From Eledone cirrhosa (taxonomy: Eukaryota), in assembly GCA_964016885.1 (NCBI GenBank), contig OZ024743.1:201500001-201564000 (forward strand): a stretch of 64,000 bases of DNA, read 5' to 3'. Positions 12,604-25,336 of the stretch are shown piece after piece. The stretch's first letter is position 1; each line of letters starts with the position of its first letter. The notes below the pieces were generated by a model. The model had not been told where the DNA came from and did no database searches. It saw nothing but the letters and a program-made list of their open reading frames with translations. Both the position numbers and the translations under genes were made by a program.

Positions 12604-13440
12604 AACCCCCCCCCCCCCCAACAAATATATATATATACAGCCCCACCCCCCTTCACACACACACATATATATATGATGGGTTCTGCAGTTAACATCTATG
12701 AAATTTCACTCACAAGGTTTTGGTGAACCTGAAGCTATAGTAGCAGACACTTGCCTAAGGTACTGCATACAGGTTATTGTTGATGTTGTTGATTAGCCTC
12801 TGGTTAGTACTGAGTGTGTAAACCTGTGATTAATGATATTCTAGCTGAATTGAGGTAAAATTGATTCCAAATTCTTTATTGATCAGTCAATTATTTCACA
12901 TTTTACCAATGATGGCTACATTGAGAACACTGGTTTCACCACATATGAGAATGATAACCATGATGATGATGATGATGATGATAAAGAAAAGAATGGTACT
13001 GATGATTTTGATGATGATGTTTAACAGCAGTGACAATTATAATGAAGCCAGTCATTATAAAGATACTTATGATTTGCTGACAAAAACAACAGTGTTGACT
13101 ATGAGGGGGAAAGAAAGAGAAGGGTGTACAGGAAAGAAGTGGTAACACTGATGCTATCAGTTTCATGCATTTAGGTTGTTCATCACCCACTGGCAAAATA
13201 ATGGCAAATATATACAGCATGCAAAATGGTCTTGCAGTTTATTCTTTTTTACATCCTCACACCAACTGATAGACAATGGTTGCTTAAGAGCAGAAGGCAT
13301 TATGGTATCAAGAGAATTTATCACATCATCACATGTAACAAACTACATATATTAAACAGATGTCATAAAATGACAGTCAGCAGTAATCAAATGCACACTA
13401 ATGTATATGTGTATAATATATGTATATAATATATATATAT

Positions 13441-13477
<37 letters not shown>

Positions 13478-13621
13478 GTAAGAATATTTTCGAAACAGCG
13501 AGTGGATTTGAAATTATTAGAAATGTAAGCTATCGCCGTAATTTGACTAAAGAAATTAAAGAAATTATATAGCCTGATAGTGGGGTTAAGAACCCTCGGA
13601 GAAATGGAAAAAGATGAGTAT

Positions 13622-13693
13622 TGACGTACATGGGAGTTGAACCCACATCTTTGGTTATCCGGACCACTCTGATACCATTTACACCAACACACC
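13622..13693 (-). pseudogene. Second, more decayed copy of the tRNA-like unit
   Basis: Reverse-complement arm of the above, with D-stem and T-loop substitutions. Confidence 0.7.
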
Positions 13694-13719
13694 ACATGAT
13701 GGCTACATTGGTAAAATGT

Positions 13720-13791
13720 GATGTGTTGGTGTAAATGGTAGCACAGTGGTCCGGATAACCAAAGATGTGGGTTCGACTCCCATGTATGTCA
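13720..13791 (+). pseudogene. tRNA-like cloverleaf (SINE head or tRNA pseudogene) followed by TTTTT
   Basis: GATGTGT TG GTGT-AAATGGTA-GCAC A GTGGT-CCGGATA-ACCAA AGAT GTGGG-TTCGACT-CCCAT GTATGTC A. A and B boxes are present, the anticodon loop is non-canonical, and T5 lies at 13801-13805. Confidence 0.75.
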
Positions 13792-13916
13792 ATACTCATC
13801 TTTTTCCATTTCTCCGAGGGTTCTTAACCCCACTATCAGGCTAAATAATTTCTTTAATTTCTTTAGTCAAAATACGGCGATAGCTTACATTTCTAATAAT
13901 ATATATATATATATAT

Positions 13917-15186
13917 ATCATCATCATCATCATCATCGTTTAACGTCCGTGTTCCACGCTTGCATGGGTTTGGACGGGGGTTTTCCCACTTGAGGCAAGA
14001 GTGGTTGTCATTGCTCGCATAGGACTGTCTGGCAGGTTTTCTACGGCTGGATGCCCTTCCTAACACCAACCACATTTACAGTGTTGACTGGGAGGTTTTT
14101 ACCGTGTTGCCTACACGGCCACATTACAGCGTGAACTGTGTGTTTTTTTGTCGTGACACCTACACGATCTCATTTGTTTCGGCCTGGATGTTGTGGCACC
14201 AACATAACTTTACATTGAAAGGGGCGGTGTGGATGGGGTGGGGGTGGTATGACGGGGGCGTATTTTGTTAGAGATGCCTACTGACTGTAGTAGGTTTACT
14301 TTGTATTTAGGCAAGGCGGGTCTTCTCTATTACTGAGTACCGCCAAAGATCTCGGTCCAGTGACATTGTCTTGGAGAGGTGTAAGTGTGTGAGGTCGAAA
14401 TTTATCAGGTCGTCCCAGGTTTTTCTGGGTCTGCCTACTCCGTGGCTACCGTCTATCTTTATTGCCCTGCACTTTTTTATACTGCTGTCGTCTTTCATGC
14501 GCATCACGTGACCATACCAACGTAGCCTTCTCTCAAGTAAACAACATCTGATCCCTCTTATTTCTAAATTTTTCCTTAGTTCGTTTATGCTTTGCTGTTC
14601 ACGTATATTACTATTACACATCCAGCGGAGCATGCAAGCTTTGTTCCTCTCTAGTCTGCATATATCCTCTGCACACAATGCCCAGGTCTCACTGCCATGC
14701 AACATTGCTGTTCGTATGCAGGCATCATACAACCTGCCTTTCATTTTTAGGGAGAACCCTTTAGCGGCTAATAGTGGTATAAGCTCTCTGAACTTTTTCC
14801 ATCCAGTTCTGACTCTAGCTACTGTACTTTCAGAGCACCCTCCCCCACTGCTGATTTTGTCACCCAGGTAACGGAAGCTGTCCACTATTTCTATAGAACC
14901 CTCTGCGCAATTGAAAGAGCTAGTATTTTGTGGGCACTTGCTGCTACTTATTGCACCAGAGCACCGGCCACATGTAAAATCTATGTTCTTAGTTAGCTTA
15001 CCTGTGATCCCACTACATCTTTTATGCACCCATACTTTGCATTTGGGACATAAAATGGAGTTTCTACCTACGCCTTTCCTACACACTGAGCATGGCCATT
15101 TCCCGGAAGGGACCGGTGCCTTATTTTCTTTCCTACAAACTAGAACTTTAGTCTTAGCCAGGTTAATTTAAAGCCTTTTGTTTCTA
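13917..15186 (-). mobile_element. 5'-truncated RTE-clade LINE (family RTE-1)
   Basis: ORF 14307-15086 is nearly identical to the C-terminus of 23549-24472, with 3' UTR and (GAT)n tail. Confidence 0.95.
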
Positions 15187-15198
15187 TATATATATATA

Positions 15199-15466
15199 TC
15201 ATTTCATCATCATTTCATTTTACGTCCGCTTTTTCCCTGCTTGCAAGGGTGGGACGGGAACTGATTCTGCCTTGATTTCTACAGCTGGATGCCCTTCCTA
15301 ACACCAACTGCATTTACAGTGAGTGCTGGGTGCTTTTTTGTCATAGTACCTCCACGACCACTTTGCAGTGGAATGATATGAACCCCAGTCCCTATCATCT
15401 CATTTCTACAGCTGAGTAAACTGGAGCAATGTGAAATAAAATGTCTTGCTCAAGGAAACAACACAT
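15199..15466 (-). mobile_element. CORE-type SINE, 5'-truncated
   Basis: Matches the full copies at 25337-25678 and 59806-60140. Confidence 0.85.
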
Positions 15467-15602
15467 GTATATATATATATAATTGAATATAAAAGAGAGA
15501 TAAACACAGATATAAACATATATGTGTTTAAATCGTAAGGGACTAGATTCGCTAGATATATATATATATATATATATGAAACATCATTTCTGTCCGTTCC
15601 CT

Positions 15603-15651
15603 CATCTGAAGATTCGATTATCTTGGAAATGTAAGCTTATTACATAAGATG
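15603..15651 (+). ncRNA. Degenerate hammerhead-like motif
   Basis: CAT CTGAAGA ... GAAA TGTAA-GCTTA-TTACA TA AGATG. Stem III is good, but stems I and II are out of register. Confidence 0.4.
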
Positions 15652-15858
15652 CAGTCTGATGATATCGCAGTACCGATTGCATTGTTGAATAATCACTTAG
15701 ATACGATCATCATTGAAATATGTATCACAGCTTTGTTAATAAAGGGCTATTTAACATCCACACCGTACTTCGCATTTTCCTTATTCTCTCTCTCTCTCTA
15801 TATATATATATAGCTGTCGAAATGGCTGGAGCTCAGCCAGCGGAATCCTGACTCTTTT

Positions 15859-15927
<69 letters not shown>

Positions 15928-17036
15928 CAAATGATCTACATGATAAATGCACTCAGTACAGCCTGTAAAGTGGTTGGTGACAGGAAGGGCATTCAAACAT
16001 CAAAGATCTACCAAACAAAAGGGCAAAAACCTCTTCAATTATGTTAAAGACATACCACCCTCCTCACTGCTGGTCCACAATCAAATGCTCTTGGTTGAGT
16101 TTGGGATTGTATGTAAGCAAGATGCAGGCCTGAAGCCCATCTGAGATATCAATAGCCTCACTCATGTACTGGTACTGTCTGTGAAGACCCCACCAACCTT
16201 TGCTAGCAAGGAATATGGATATTAAATGCAGATGATGATAAAAATAGTAAGGGTTAAAGTTTTAGTGAATAAGAAAGCAGGTATGACTCTGATCCTACCA
16301 GAAAATGAGCCATGTTTATTAGAGAATATGCACATCAAACAAACCTAAGTAAATGTAATTAATGGCTTAATAAAACCTTGTAAATATAGGGTTATACATA
16401 AAGGGAAATCCAAAATTTTGGTCGGAAATTGATTAAAAATAGTCATCAATTTTTCAATTTACAGGGAAATACCTATGACATATATATGTCTACATACTTA
16501 ATGCATATATTTTTATACATTTTTATGCAATGTTGGTTAAACTCTGCACTGAATATTTACAAATATAAATCTGATGCATACTTCAGTAACTTAGTACACA
16601 ATTTAATACTCATTAAAATTAATTAGAAACACAAGCATTAAAGTATGGAAATTAATACATCCTTTCATGATTAATAAGGAATTTTCTAGGCTTTATTATA
16701 CCACTAATTACCTATTTCCGCATGCCTTTTTTTATGTACATATTCTCTGGTACCACCACAGAAAAACAAGATGGTATAGGACAGAACAAAGGAGAGACAT
16801 AAAATAAAAAAATTACCCATTGGGGAGGTCTCAGAAGGTGTGACCAAAGAGCTTTGACATCAAATAAACAACCATCCAGTTATTAAACCAATCAACTGGA
16901 AATTTGGAATAAATTGAATTGAAAGCCAGCAGGTGCTTGTGTTTTTATTTGCAACATAACTCTCCCAAAGTACAACAATATCTGTTTCAACACACGTTTT
17001 CAGATAAGAAGTCTTGCAAAAAAATACAAAAGTGAA

Positions 17037-17086
<50 letters not shown>

Positions 17087-17088
17087 AT

Positions 17089-17089
<1 letters not shown>

Positions 17090-17140
<51 letters not shown>

Positions 17141-17362
17141 CCATCATCTTCATCATTGTTTAACGTCCATTTTCCACACTAGCATGGGTAGGATGGGCTG
17201 ACCCTTTGGGAGAGAATCAAGTCAGAGAACTGTGTTTCACTCACCTGTGACTGATTTTGGCTTGATCTCTACAGCTGGATGCCCTTCCTAATGCCAACCA
17301 CATTTACAGTGTGTGCTGGGTGTTTTTTGTTGTGACACCTACATAACCACTTTACAGTGGAC
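17090..17362 (-). mobile_element. RTE/SINE-type 3' end fragment with long (GAT)n tail
   Basis: (CAT)n-GTTTAACGTCC...CTGGATGCCCTTCCTAATGCCAACC. Confidence 0.7.
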
Positions 17363-18115
17363 TACGAAATTAAATGTATATATATGAAGTAAGTGGTTAA
17401 CAGAGAATCTTCCACAGAGGTATATCATTGTCACACCAGCTGAAAGTTGATTTCAAGATAATTTATATTTCCTTCTATAGTACAAATTGGTAGAGTTGCT
17501 TCACCCTCAAATTAATTAGCCTGGTATTTGTACTGGCCCTCTTCACTTTGAGTTCAATTCCTACCAACAGCATCTTTGCCTTTCAATCTTTGAAAGTCAA
17601 TAAATAAAGTATTAATCCAGGGTGGGTAGATTGGTAGAATTTTTCAAGTGTTGGGTGGGCTGCTTTATGGTGTCTGCTCCAACTCTGTACATTCTGAGTT
17701 TAAATCCTGCTTCATACCACAGGAAAAGTGATCATGAATATTCTCAAATCCTTATTGAAATATGTTCAAGATGTTTTTCACATTCTGCTCTAAGTGGAAA
17801 TAAGGATTAGAAGATGGTACTGCTATATATATGATGACGGAATAGAATTAGTATAGAATAAATAGAACAGAAATATATATTTTTGCATTGACATTACATA
17901 TAAATTATGAGATACAGAGAGAGAGTGGGTATTACATCTAAGCTAAGACTGAAATACACATTCTGTCTTATGACTCAATTCGAAGCAAAATTCTTTCATA
18001 ATTTATAGATTCAAAATCGTCTAAATTATTTTGCAAGTCTTTGTTCTCAGTAACACAATTGACTAGAATTATGAGATTCCTAAGGTATGCATTCCTTAAA
18101 GCTATCACACACACA

Positions 18116-18145
<30 letters not shown>

Positions 18146-18146
<1 letters not shown>

Positions 18147-18189
18147 GGGTGGAGATTTAGGTTTATAGAAGTGTGGCAACTGTGTTTCA

Positions 18190-18241
<52 letters not shown>

Positions 18242-18283
18242 AAACACAGTTTCCACACATCTATAGACCTAAATCTCCACCCA
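18146..18283. repeat. Inverted repeat of about 42 bp enclosing a (TA)n tract
   Basis: TGGGTGGAGATTTAGGTTTATAGA..CTGTGTTT pairs with AAACACAG..TCTATAGACCTAAATCTCCACCCA. Confidence 0.85.
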
Positions 18284-20819
18284 AACACAGTCAAACATAC
18301 TTTATAGATTCAGAAACAATGAAATGTCAGCTATATTTGTATCTGTAAAATCCTTTTGTGTCTCGATGCTTTCAACACAATATTCATAACAAACTGATCA
18401 ACAAGCAACTAACTGCACGCTGCTTCTGCTGCATGTAATGGTTATTGTCTTACTATTGCCATTGTATTTCAATGTAACGTGTAGTTTGATTATCAAGAAG
18501 AAAATGACAAACATTTTCAACAGAAATGAACAAATAATGCCTGCTGGCAGTTTTTCGTTCATTTTGTTGTTGCGATTATCACCATTATTATTGTTTTTCT
18601 CCTTATTACTTGTTTGCTGTTAATTTTTCCTTATATTTTTTTTTTCGTTTTGTCTTTGTTTTTGATTTCTACCTTGTATTATTATTATTAGTAATAATAT
18701 TTTTTTTTTTTTACCTTGTTGTTTTACTAATCTTCAGTTGTTGCTTAGTTACCTTACATCTCTTGCTTTGCTGGTTTGTCTAATATCTCAGACTCTTTTC
18801 TTTGAAGATAATGCTCATCTTTTTAGATATTTTCTCAAGTTATATCAGGAATTTAAAAAAAAAAAAAAATTGCTAAACAAAACAAAATAAAACAAAAGAA
18901 ATATTACAAAAGCCCCCTTCCCATCCTATTAAAAACAAAATAAAAAATAAAAAATATATATAAGGAAAGAAATAAAAGGCAGCAAAATATTTTTCCAAAA
19001 AATATTGGAAAAATAAAAGAAAACTCACACCAATTTAGAAAAGAAAAAAATTAATTTTCCGCCATGAAATTCGGAGAAATGATTTTAATTTTACTCCTAT
19101 ATTGATTGAAACATTTCAGAGAATGGAATAGTTTGAAAACAATTCTGAGGCATGTCAGCAAACATTTTAAATAAACACTTTATTAAACATCTTAAGGAAT
19201 GAACAAATATTTGTTCAGTCAAATTAAGAAAGAAGTTAATTTCTCACAGAAAAAAACAAACAAACAAACAAAAAACAAAACAAAGAAAGCAAAACAAATT
19301 ACAATAAAATAATAAATGAAAAATAAATAAAATGAAAAAAGAAGAGAAAGAACAGCAACAACTACAACATCAACAACAATAACAATAATATTAACAATCT
19401 CGAAATACATAAAAACTGTGTGATGTATTCAGAGCCAAGCAAGTAATGTTTGAAATAATGGCTTGGGTGTAATTCTTAAGATTAGAACTACACCATTCAT
19501 CTAATTAGAACAACATTGCTAATCTGTCTTTTATTGTTGAAGAATTTGATCTAAGTTCTGTTATGACCATTTGTTTATAAATCCATGGCAGATAAAATAA
19601 TACACGCACAAAAAAAAAACTTAATAATAAATGAAAATAAATAAATGAAAATGAAAACTTTTTTTAAATGGATATTATCGTTTTTATTTCGAATTTTTTT
19701 AAATTAAAAAAAAATTTTAAGATTGTTTTTTAAGAAAGCATGTTTGGAAAACAGTAAAAATTTCATTTATATTTTTTTCTGGTGTTTTCCTCTTTGTTAA
19801 TAATCTAATTACTCTTCGTCATTGTGTATGGCAGAGCAATATGAAAATATGTATAAATAAAATTTAATAATAAAGAGAGATGTGGAAATACGCAATCACA
19901 TACTCACACATTATTACCACCAACAATATCAATATTGTCATCACTGCCGCCATCATCATCATCACCACCACCACCACAATTAAGATCATCATCATCATCA
20001 GCATCACGCTCATCATCATCATCATCATCATTTCTACCATTATCGACATTGTCATCACTGTCATCATCATCATCGTCATCATCACCTCCATCACTTCTAC
20101 CATTATTATCATCATCATTATCTTCACCATCACCACAACTACCACCAACATAATCATCATCATCATCATCACTACCGTCGTAATCTTCTTCACCATCACC
20201 ACCACTATTGTAACCACAACCTTCATCAATAGTATTTTATATCATCTTTATTGTTTTTGCATTCATTTTTGTATCATGGCATGAGTAAGACAGCAATTCT
20301 CCATTCAATTCAATGCTCTTGTATCTCTGTTAGGTTCTAATATTTAGTTTTTCAGTGAACCTTTATCATGAGTTACTTTTAACATAAAACCACAGCAACT
20401 GCAATTTTATTTGTATTCTATATACACCATTCCTTATAATAAGCAGCAAATTGACAGTCATAGGAATGTCAAATAGAATACTTTGCAATATTTATTCCAG
20501 ATCTCTGTGACTTCCACTTTTCTAAGTACCAGTCCAAATTCTTCCTCTGTATATTTTTGTACTTCCTTTCTTCCCTTGAGAGAAATCAGATATGTTCAGA
20601 CCTAGAAAGTGGATAGGCTCCACCAGATTTTAACAATGATCATATGTCATGACCATGACTTTACTATTCCATTAGGAGTTACAGGTCCTACATATATATA
20701 TATATATATCATCATCATCGTTTAACGTCCATCTTCCACGCTAGCATGGGTCTGGAAAATATATATATATATATATACAATATATTAATAAATGGAAACT
20801 ATATTTATAAAACCATATT

Positions 20820-20885
20820 TATTTTATTATACATATTTCAAGGGCGACCAAGGCAAATTATGGTGCACTTTCATCAGATAAAATA
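20820..20885 (-). ncRNA. Type I hammerhead ribozyme motif (family A)
   Basis: Minus strand: TATTTTAT CTGATGA AAGTGCACCA..TGGTCGCCCTT GAAA TATGTA TA ATAAAATA. Confidence 0.8.
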
Positions 20886-21024
20886 CAGATTTGTTTTATA
20901 AATAAATATTGACATACCCGGAAAAAAGACGACCTTAACGGTTGGAGCTTCCCGGACTATCTAGGAAGCTCCAACCGCTAAGGTTGTCTTTTTTCCGTCA
21001 ATATTTATTTATAAAACAAATCTG

Positions 21025-21090
21025 TATTTTATCTGATAAAAGTGCACCATAATTTGCCTTGGTTGCCCTTGAAATATGTATAATAAAATA
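21025..21090 (+). ncRNA. Hammerhead motif (family A) with G8>A core mutation
   Basis: As above, but CTGATAA instead of CTGATGA. Confidence 0.7.
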
Positions 21091-21221
21091 AATATGGTTT
21101 TATAAATATAGTTTCCATTTTTTAATATATTGTGTTTTTACTCCACTAACTTGTTGAGTGCTTTATATCAGTTATAAAAATGTTTAAGCTTGTTGAATCC
21201 CAACAAATTAAATATAACCTC

Positions 21222-21256
<35 letters not shown>

Positions 21257-21389
21257 CAAAGAGGGTGTGGTAAGATACCAGGTGGACAATAACGCACCAG
21301 AGTACTGGATCTTGCTGTTGAAATGGCCGGAGCTCAGCCATCGGGGTCCTGACTCTTTTCCTATATATGTATATATATATATATATATA

Positions 21390-24300
21390 TCCCATCCCCC
21401 TCACCCATCCCTGCGCCCCATCCTCCAAACACAATCCAAAGCTTCAGAGTTGGTACCATAAATGTAGGCACCTTAAAAGGCCGCTCTAACGAGGTTGTAG
21501 AAATGCTTGAACGTAAGGAGGTTGATGTTTGCTGTATCCAAGAGACCAGGTGGAGGGGCGGCTCTGCTAGATTCATTGTGGGTAAAAAACGTTGCTATAA
21601 GCTTTTCTGGGTGGGAAATGACAATGGGATAGGTGGGGTAGGAATCATGTTAGCAGAAAAATGGGTGGATAAGATAATAGATGTAAATAGAGTAAATGAT
21701 AGAATAATTAAAATAAGACTTGTTCTAAATAGAACTACTGTGACAGTAATATCGGCATACGCGCCCCAATCCGGACTGCCTGGCACTATAAAAGACAGAT
21801 TCTATGAGACACTGATGCTCACTACCTCCCAAATAACCGACAGTGACTATATAATTATTGCTGGCGACCTAAATGGCCACGTTGGTCAACATTGTGACGG
21901 CTATGATGGAATCCACGGAGGCTATGGGTTTGGTACTAGAAATGAGGAAGGCTCCAGAATCCTGGAATTCTGTGATGCAAATAACCTAACTATCTGTAAC
22001 ACTAACTTCAAAAAACGAGACAATCACTTGATCACCTACAGATCAGGGGAACATACCAGCCAGGTAGATTATATCCTTACCAGAAGATGTGACAGAGTGT
22101 CTGTTGTAAACACTAAATCCCTCCCCCATGAAGAATGCACCTCCCAACATAGACTGATAATTAGTGACCTCATAGTCAGGACGAGACGTACTCGACAGCA
22201 GAAGAGGACTATCCTCAGGAGAAAAATATGGAAGGACACCACAGCCAGAAATAAATTTCAAAGCATATTACTTGATGCTTTCGACAGTAAGGAAGAGCAA
22301 TTAGAGTTGTACAATATAGAGGAACAGTGGGGATTCCTGAAAGCAAACCTGCTGATGGCGGCAGACGAAGTCTGTGGCTGGAGCAGGCCTGTAGGCAGGA
22401 GGAGAGTAACATGGTGGTGGAACAGTAAGGTGGAGGAGTCAATTAAGGCCAAAAAGCAGGCTTGGAAAGTATGGCGGGATGGGGGAAGTAGAGAAGACTA
22501 TCAAGTGGCCAGGAGGGAAGCTAGGAGACAAGTGTACTTCGCAAGAAGGGAAGCAGAGGAAAGAAAGTTCAAGCATATTCTACAACTTGAGGACCAAAAA
22601 CGTGAGATGTTCAGGATTGTTAGGCAATGTGTCAAGGAAAACCGTGATATTGTCGGGAAGAAGTGTGTACTTAACGATGATGGTGTACTTGCCATCACTG
22701 ACGCTGATAAGAAGGTAGCTTGGAAGTGTGACTACGAAAGGCTACTAAATGAGGAGAATAAATGGGAGAAAGACAGTCTACCCCACATCGACCCAATAGA
22801 GGGACCAGCAGTGTTAGTCGAAGGTAGTATAATAAGTAAAGCAATCAAAGATATGAAGACGGGTAAGGCGGCTGGGCCTTCGGAAATAGTTGCTGAAATG
22901 CTGAAAGCCTCTGGAACGGTGGGACACACCATGGTCACCCAGATAGTAAACCAAGTCATAAAGAATGGGGTTGTTCCGAAGGACTGGCATAGCAGCATCA
23001 TCATTAACTGCTATAAGGGTAAAGGAGACGCCCTAGATAGGAGTAACTATAGAGGCATTAAATTAATCGACCAGGTCATGAAGGTCACGGAAAAAGTAAT
23101 AGCGCAGCTAATCAGAGAGAGAATCGATCTAGATGAAATGCAGTTCGGGTTTGTGTCAGGCAAAAGTACCACAGATGCTCTTTTCATTGTACGACAACTA
23201 CAGGAGAAGTACCTAGCTAAAAGTAAACCCCTATACTTAGCTTTCGTCGACTTGGAGAAAGCCTTCGACAGAGTCCCCCATTCCATTATCTGGTGGGCTC
23301 TTGGAAAACTAGGTGTTGACGAATGGCTTGTGAGAGCTATACAAGCCATGTATAAAGAAAGAGTCAGCAAGGTTAGAATTAACAACGAATATAGTGAAGA
23401 GTTTAGCGTAAAAGTTGGTGTTCATCAGGGCTCTGTTCTTAGCCCCCTACTATTTATTATTGCCCTTCAGGCTATAACAGTGGAGTTCAATACCGGCTGC
23501 CCATAGGAACTCCTATACGCAGATGATCTAACGCTCATAGCTGAATCAATGGCCGAGCTAGAGAAGAAATTCCAAACATGGAAGCACGGCCTAGAATCAA
23601 AAGGCCTTAAAATTAACCTGGCTAAGACTAAAGTTCTAGTTTGTAGGAAAGAAAATAAGGTGCCGGTCCCTTCCGGGAAATGGCCATGCTCAGTGTGTAG
23701 GAAAGGCGTAGGTAGAAACTCCATTTTATGTCCCAAATGCAAAGTATGGGTGCATAAAAGATGTAGTGGGATCATAGGTAAGCTAACTAAGAACATAGAT
23801 TTTACATGTGGCCGGTGCTCTGGTGCAATAAGTAGCAGCAAGTGCCCACAAAATACTAGCTCTTTCAATTGCGCAGAGGGTTCTATAGAAATAGTGGACA
23901 GCTTCCGTTACATGGGTGACAAAATCAGCAGTGGGGGAGGGTGCTCTGAAAGTACAGTAGCTAGAGTCAGAACTGGATGGAAAATGTTCAGAGAGCTTAT
24001 ACCACTATTAGCCGCTAAAGGGTTCTCCCTAAAAATGAAAGGCAGGCTGTATGATGTCTGCATACGAACAGCAATGTTGCATGGCAGTGAGACCTGGGCA
24101 TTGTGTGTAGAGGATATATGCAGACTAGAGAGGAACAAAGCTTGCATGCTCCGCTGGATGTGTAATAGTAATATACGTGAACGGCAAAGCATAAACGAAC
24201 TAAGGAAAAAATTAGAAATAAGAGGGATCAGATGTTGTTTACTCAAGAGAAGGCTACGTTGGTATGGTCACGTGATGCGCATGAAAGACGACAGCAGTAT

Positions 24301-24868
24301 AAAAAAGTGCAGGGCAATAAAGATAGACGGTAGCCACGGAGTAGGCAGACCCAGAAAAACCTGGGACGACCTGATAAACTCTGACCTCACACACTTACAC
24401 CTCTCCAAGACAATGTCACTGGACCGAGATGTTTGGCGGCACTCAGTAATAGAGAAGACACGCCTTACTTAAATACAAAGTAAAACCTACTACAGTCAGT
24501 AGGCATCTCTAACAAAATACACCCCTGTCCCTCCACCCCCACCCCATCCACACCGCCCCTTTCAATGTAAAGTTATGTTGATGCCACAACATCCAGGCCG
24601 AAACAAATGAGATCGTGTAGGTGTCACGACAAAAAAAACACACAGTCCACGCTGTAATGTGGCCGTGTAGGCAATACGGTAAAAACCTCCCAGTCCACAC
24701 TGTAAATGTGGTTGGTGTTAGGAAGGGCATCCAGCTGTAGAAAACCCGCCAGACAGTCCTATGTGAGCAAGACAACCACTCTTGCCTCAAGTGGGAAAAC
24801 TCCCGTCCAAACCCATGCAAGCGTGGAACACGGACGTTAAACGATGATGATGATGATGATGATAATGA
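21390..24868 (+). mobile_element. Near-complete RTE-clade LINE (RTE-1): AP endonuclease, RT, 3' UTR and (GAT)n tail
   Basis: APE motifs (GTINVG, IQETRW, SAYAP, GDLNGHVG, VDYIL, SQH), RT motifs (FVDLEKAFD, QGSVLSP, YADD) and the RTE C-terminus RLRWYGHV..GRPRKTW. Confidence 0.97.
21443..24472 (+). pseudogene. RTE APE-RT polyprotein ORF broken by one TGG>TAG stop at 23504-23506
   Basis: ORFs 21503-23506 and 23549-24472 are in the same frame. The copy at 44.27 kb reads CPWELLYADD at this position. Confidence 0.93.
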
Positions 24869-24871
24869 TAT

Positions 24872-25127
24872 ATATGGACATGTGATGCACATGGACGATG
24901 ACCAATGGGTGAAGAAGTGCCAAGAAATGCCAGGTGAAGAAAGACTTAGTAGAGGAAGACCACGAAAAACATGGGCGGAGTTGGTGAGAGTAGACCTCCG
25001 ATCGTTGGAACTCATGGTGGAGATGACGAAGGACCATGACAAGTGGAGAGATGCTGTGCTGAATAGGTCCCCTCCCACCCTTGCAAGCAGGGAAAAGTGG
25101 ACATAAAATGATGATGATGATGATGAG
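24872..25127 (+). mobile_element. 3' fragment of a second RTE family (RTE-2)
   Basis: YGHVMHMDDDQWVKKC..RGRPRKTW..PTLASREKWT* then (GAT)n. Another copy at 58181-58300. Confidence 0.85.
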
Positions 25128-25336
25128 GATATATATATATATATACATAGACATCCCATATATATTTTTTTTCTGACAATTAGTTCTTTTCAATATACTT
25201 ATCTACTAATACCTTTAGTTATCAAGCTATTTACTCAACTCATTTGTACTCAATTATTTTTTTTGTATAAGGATGGTAAAGTATAATATTATGTCCAAGT
25301 TTCATGTGGGTTTAGAGCGTACACAATAAAATATCT

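Larger units (their letters stand above)
13513..13900. repeat. Inverted repeat, arms about 185 bp with an 18-nt spacer, containing two divergent tRNA-like units
   Basis: 13513-13697 is the reverse complement of 13716-13900 with few mismatches. Flanked by (TA)n. Confidence 0.9.
20778..21224. mobile_element. Family A head-to-head fold-back element in (TA)n
   Basis: 20778-20953 is inverted at 20964-21132. The right arm extends about 90 bp further to (TA)n. Confidence 0.9.

Noticed and set aside
13720-13791. Functional tRNA-Ser(GGA)
   Set aside because: No U33 or purine 37, a short variable arm, and many G-U pairs in the acceptor stem.
18750-18850. Possible minus-strand exon ending at AAG|GTAACT
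   Set aside because: Stops occur in all frames, there is no partner exon, and no protein is recognisable.
19864-20284. ORFs rich in Ile/Thr/Ser/Met (also 1630-2041, 30198-30413, 37668-38121)
   Set aside because: Translations of (CAT/CAC/GAT/GGT)n trinucleotide repeats.
21390-21445. HDV-like ribozyme at the RTE 5' end
   Set aside because: The element begins just before the endonuclease domain, so no 5' UTR is available and no nested pseudoknot is evident.
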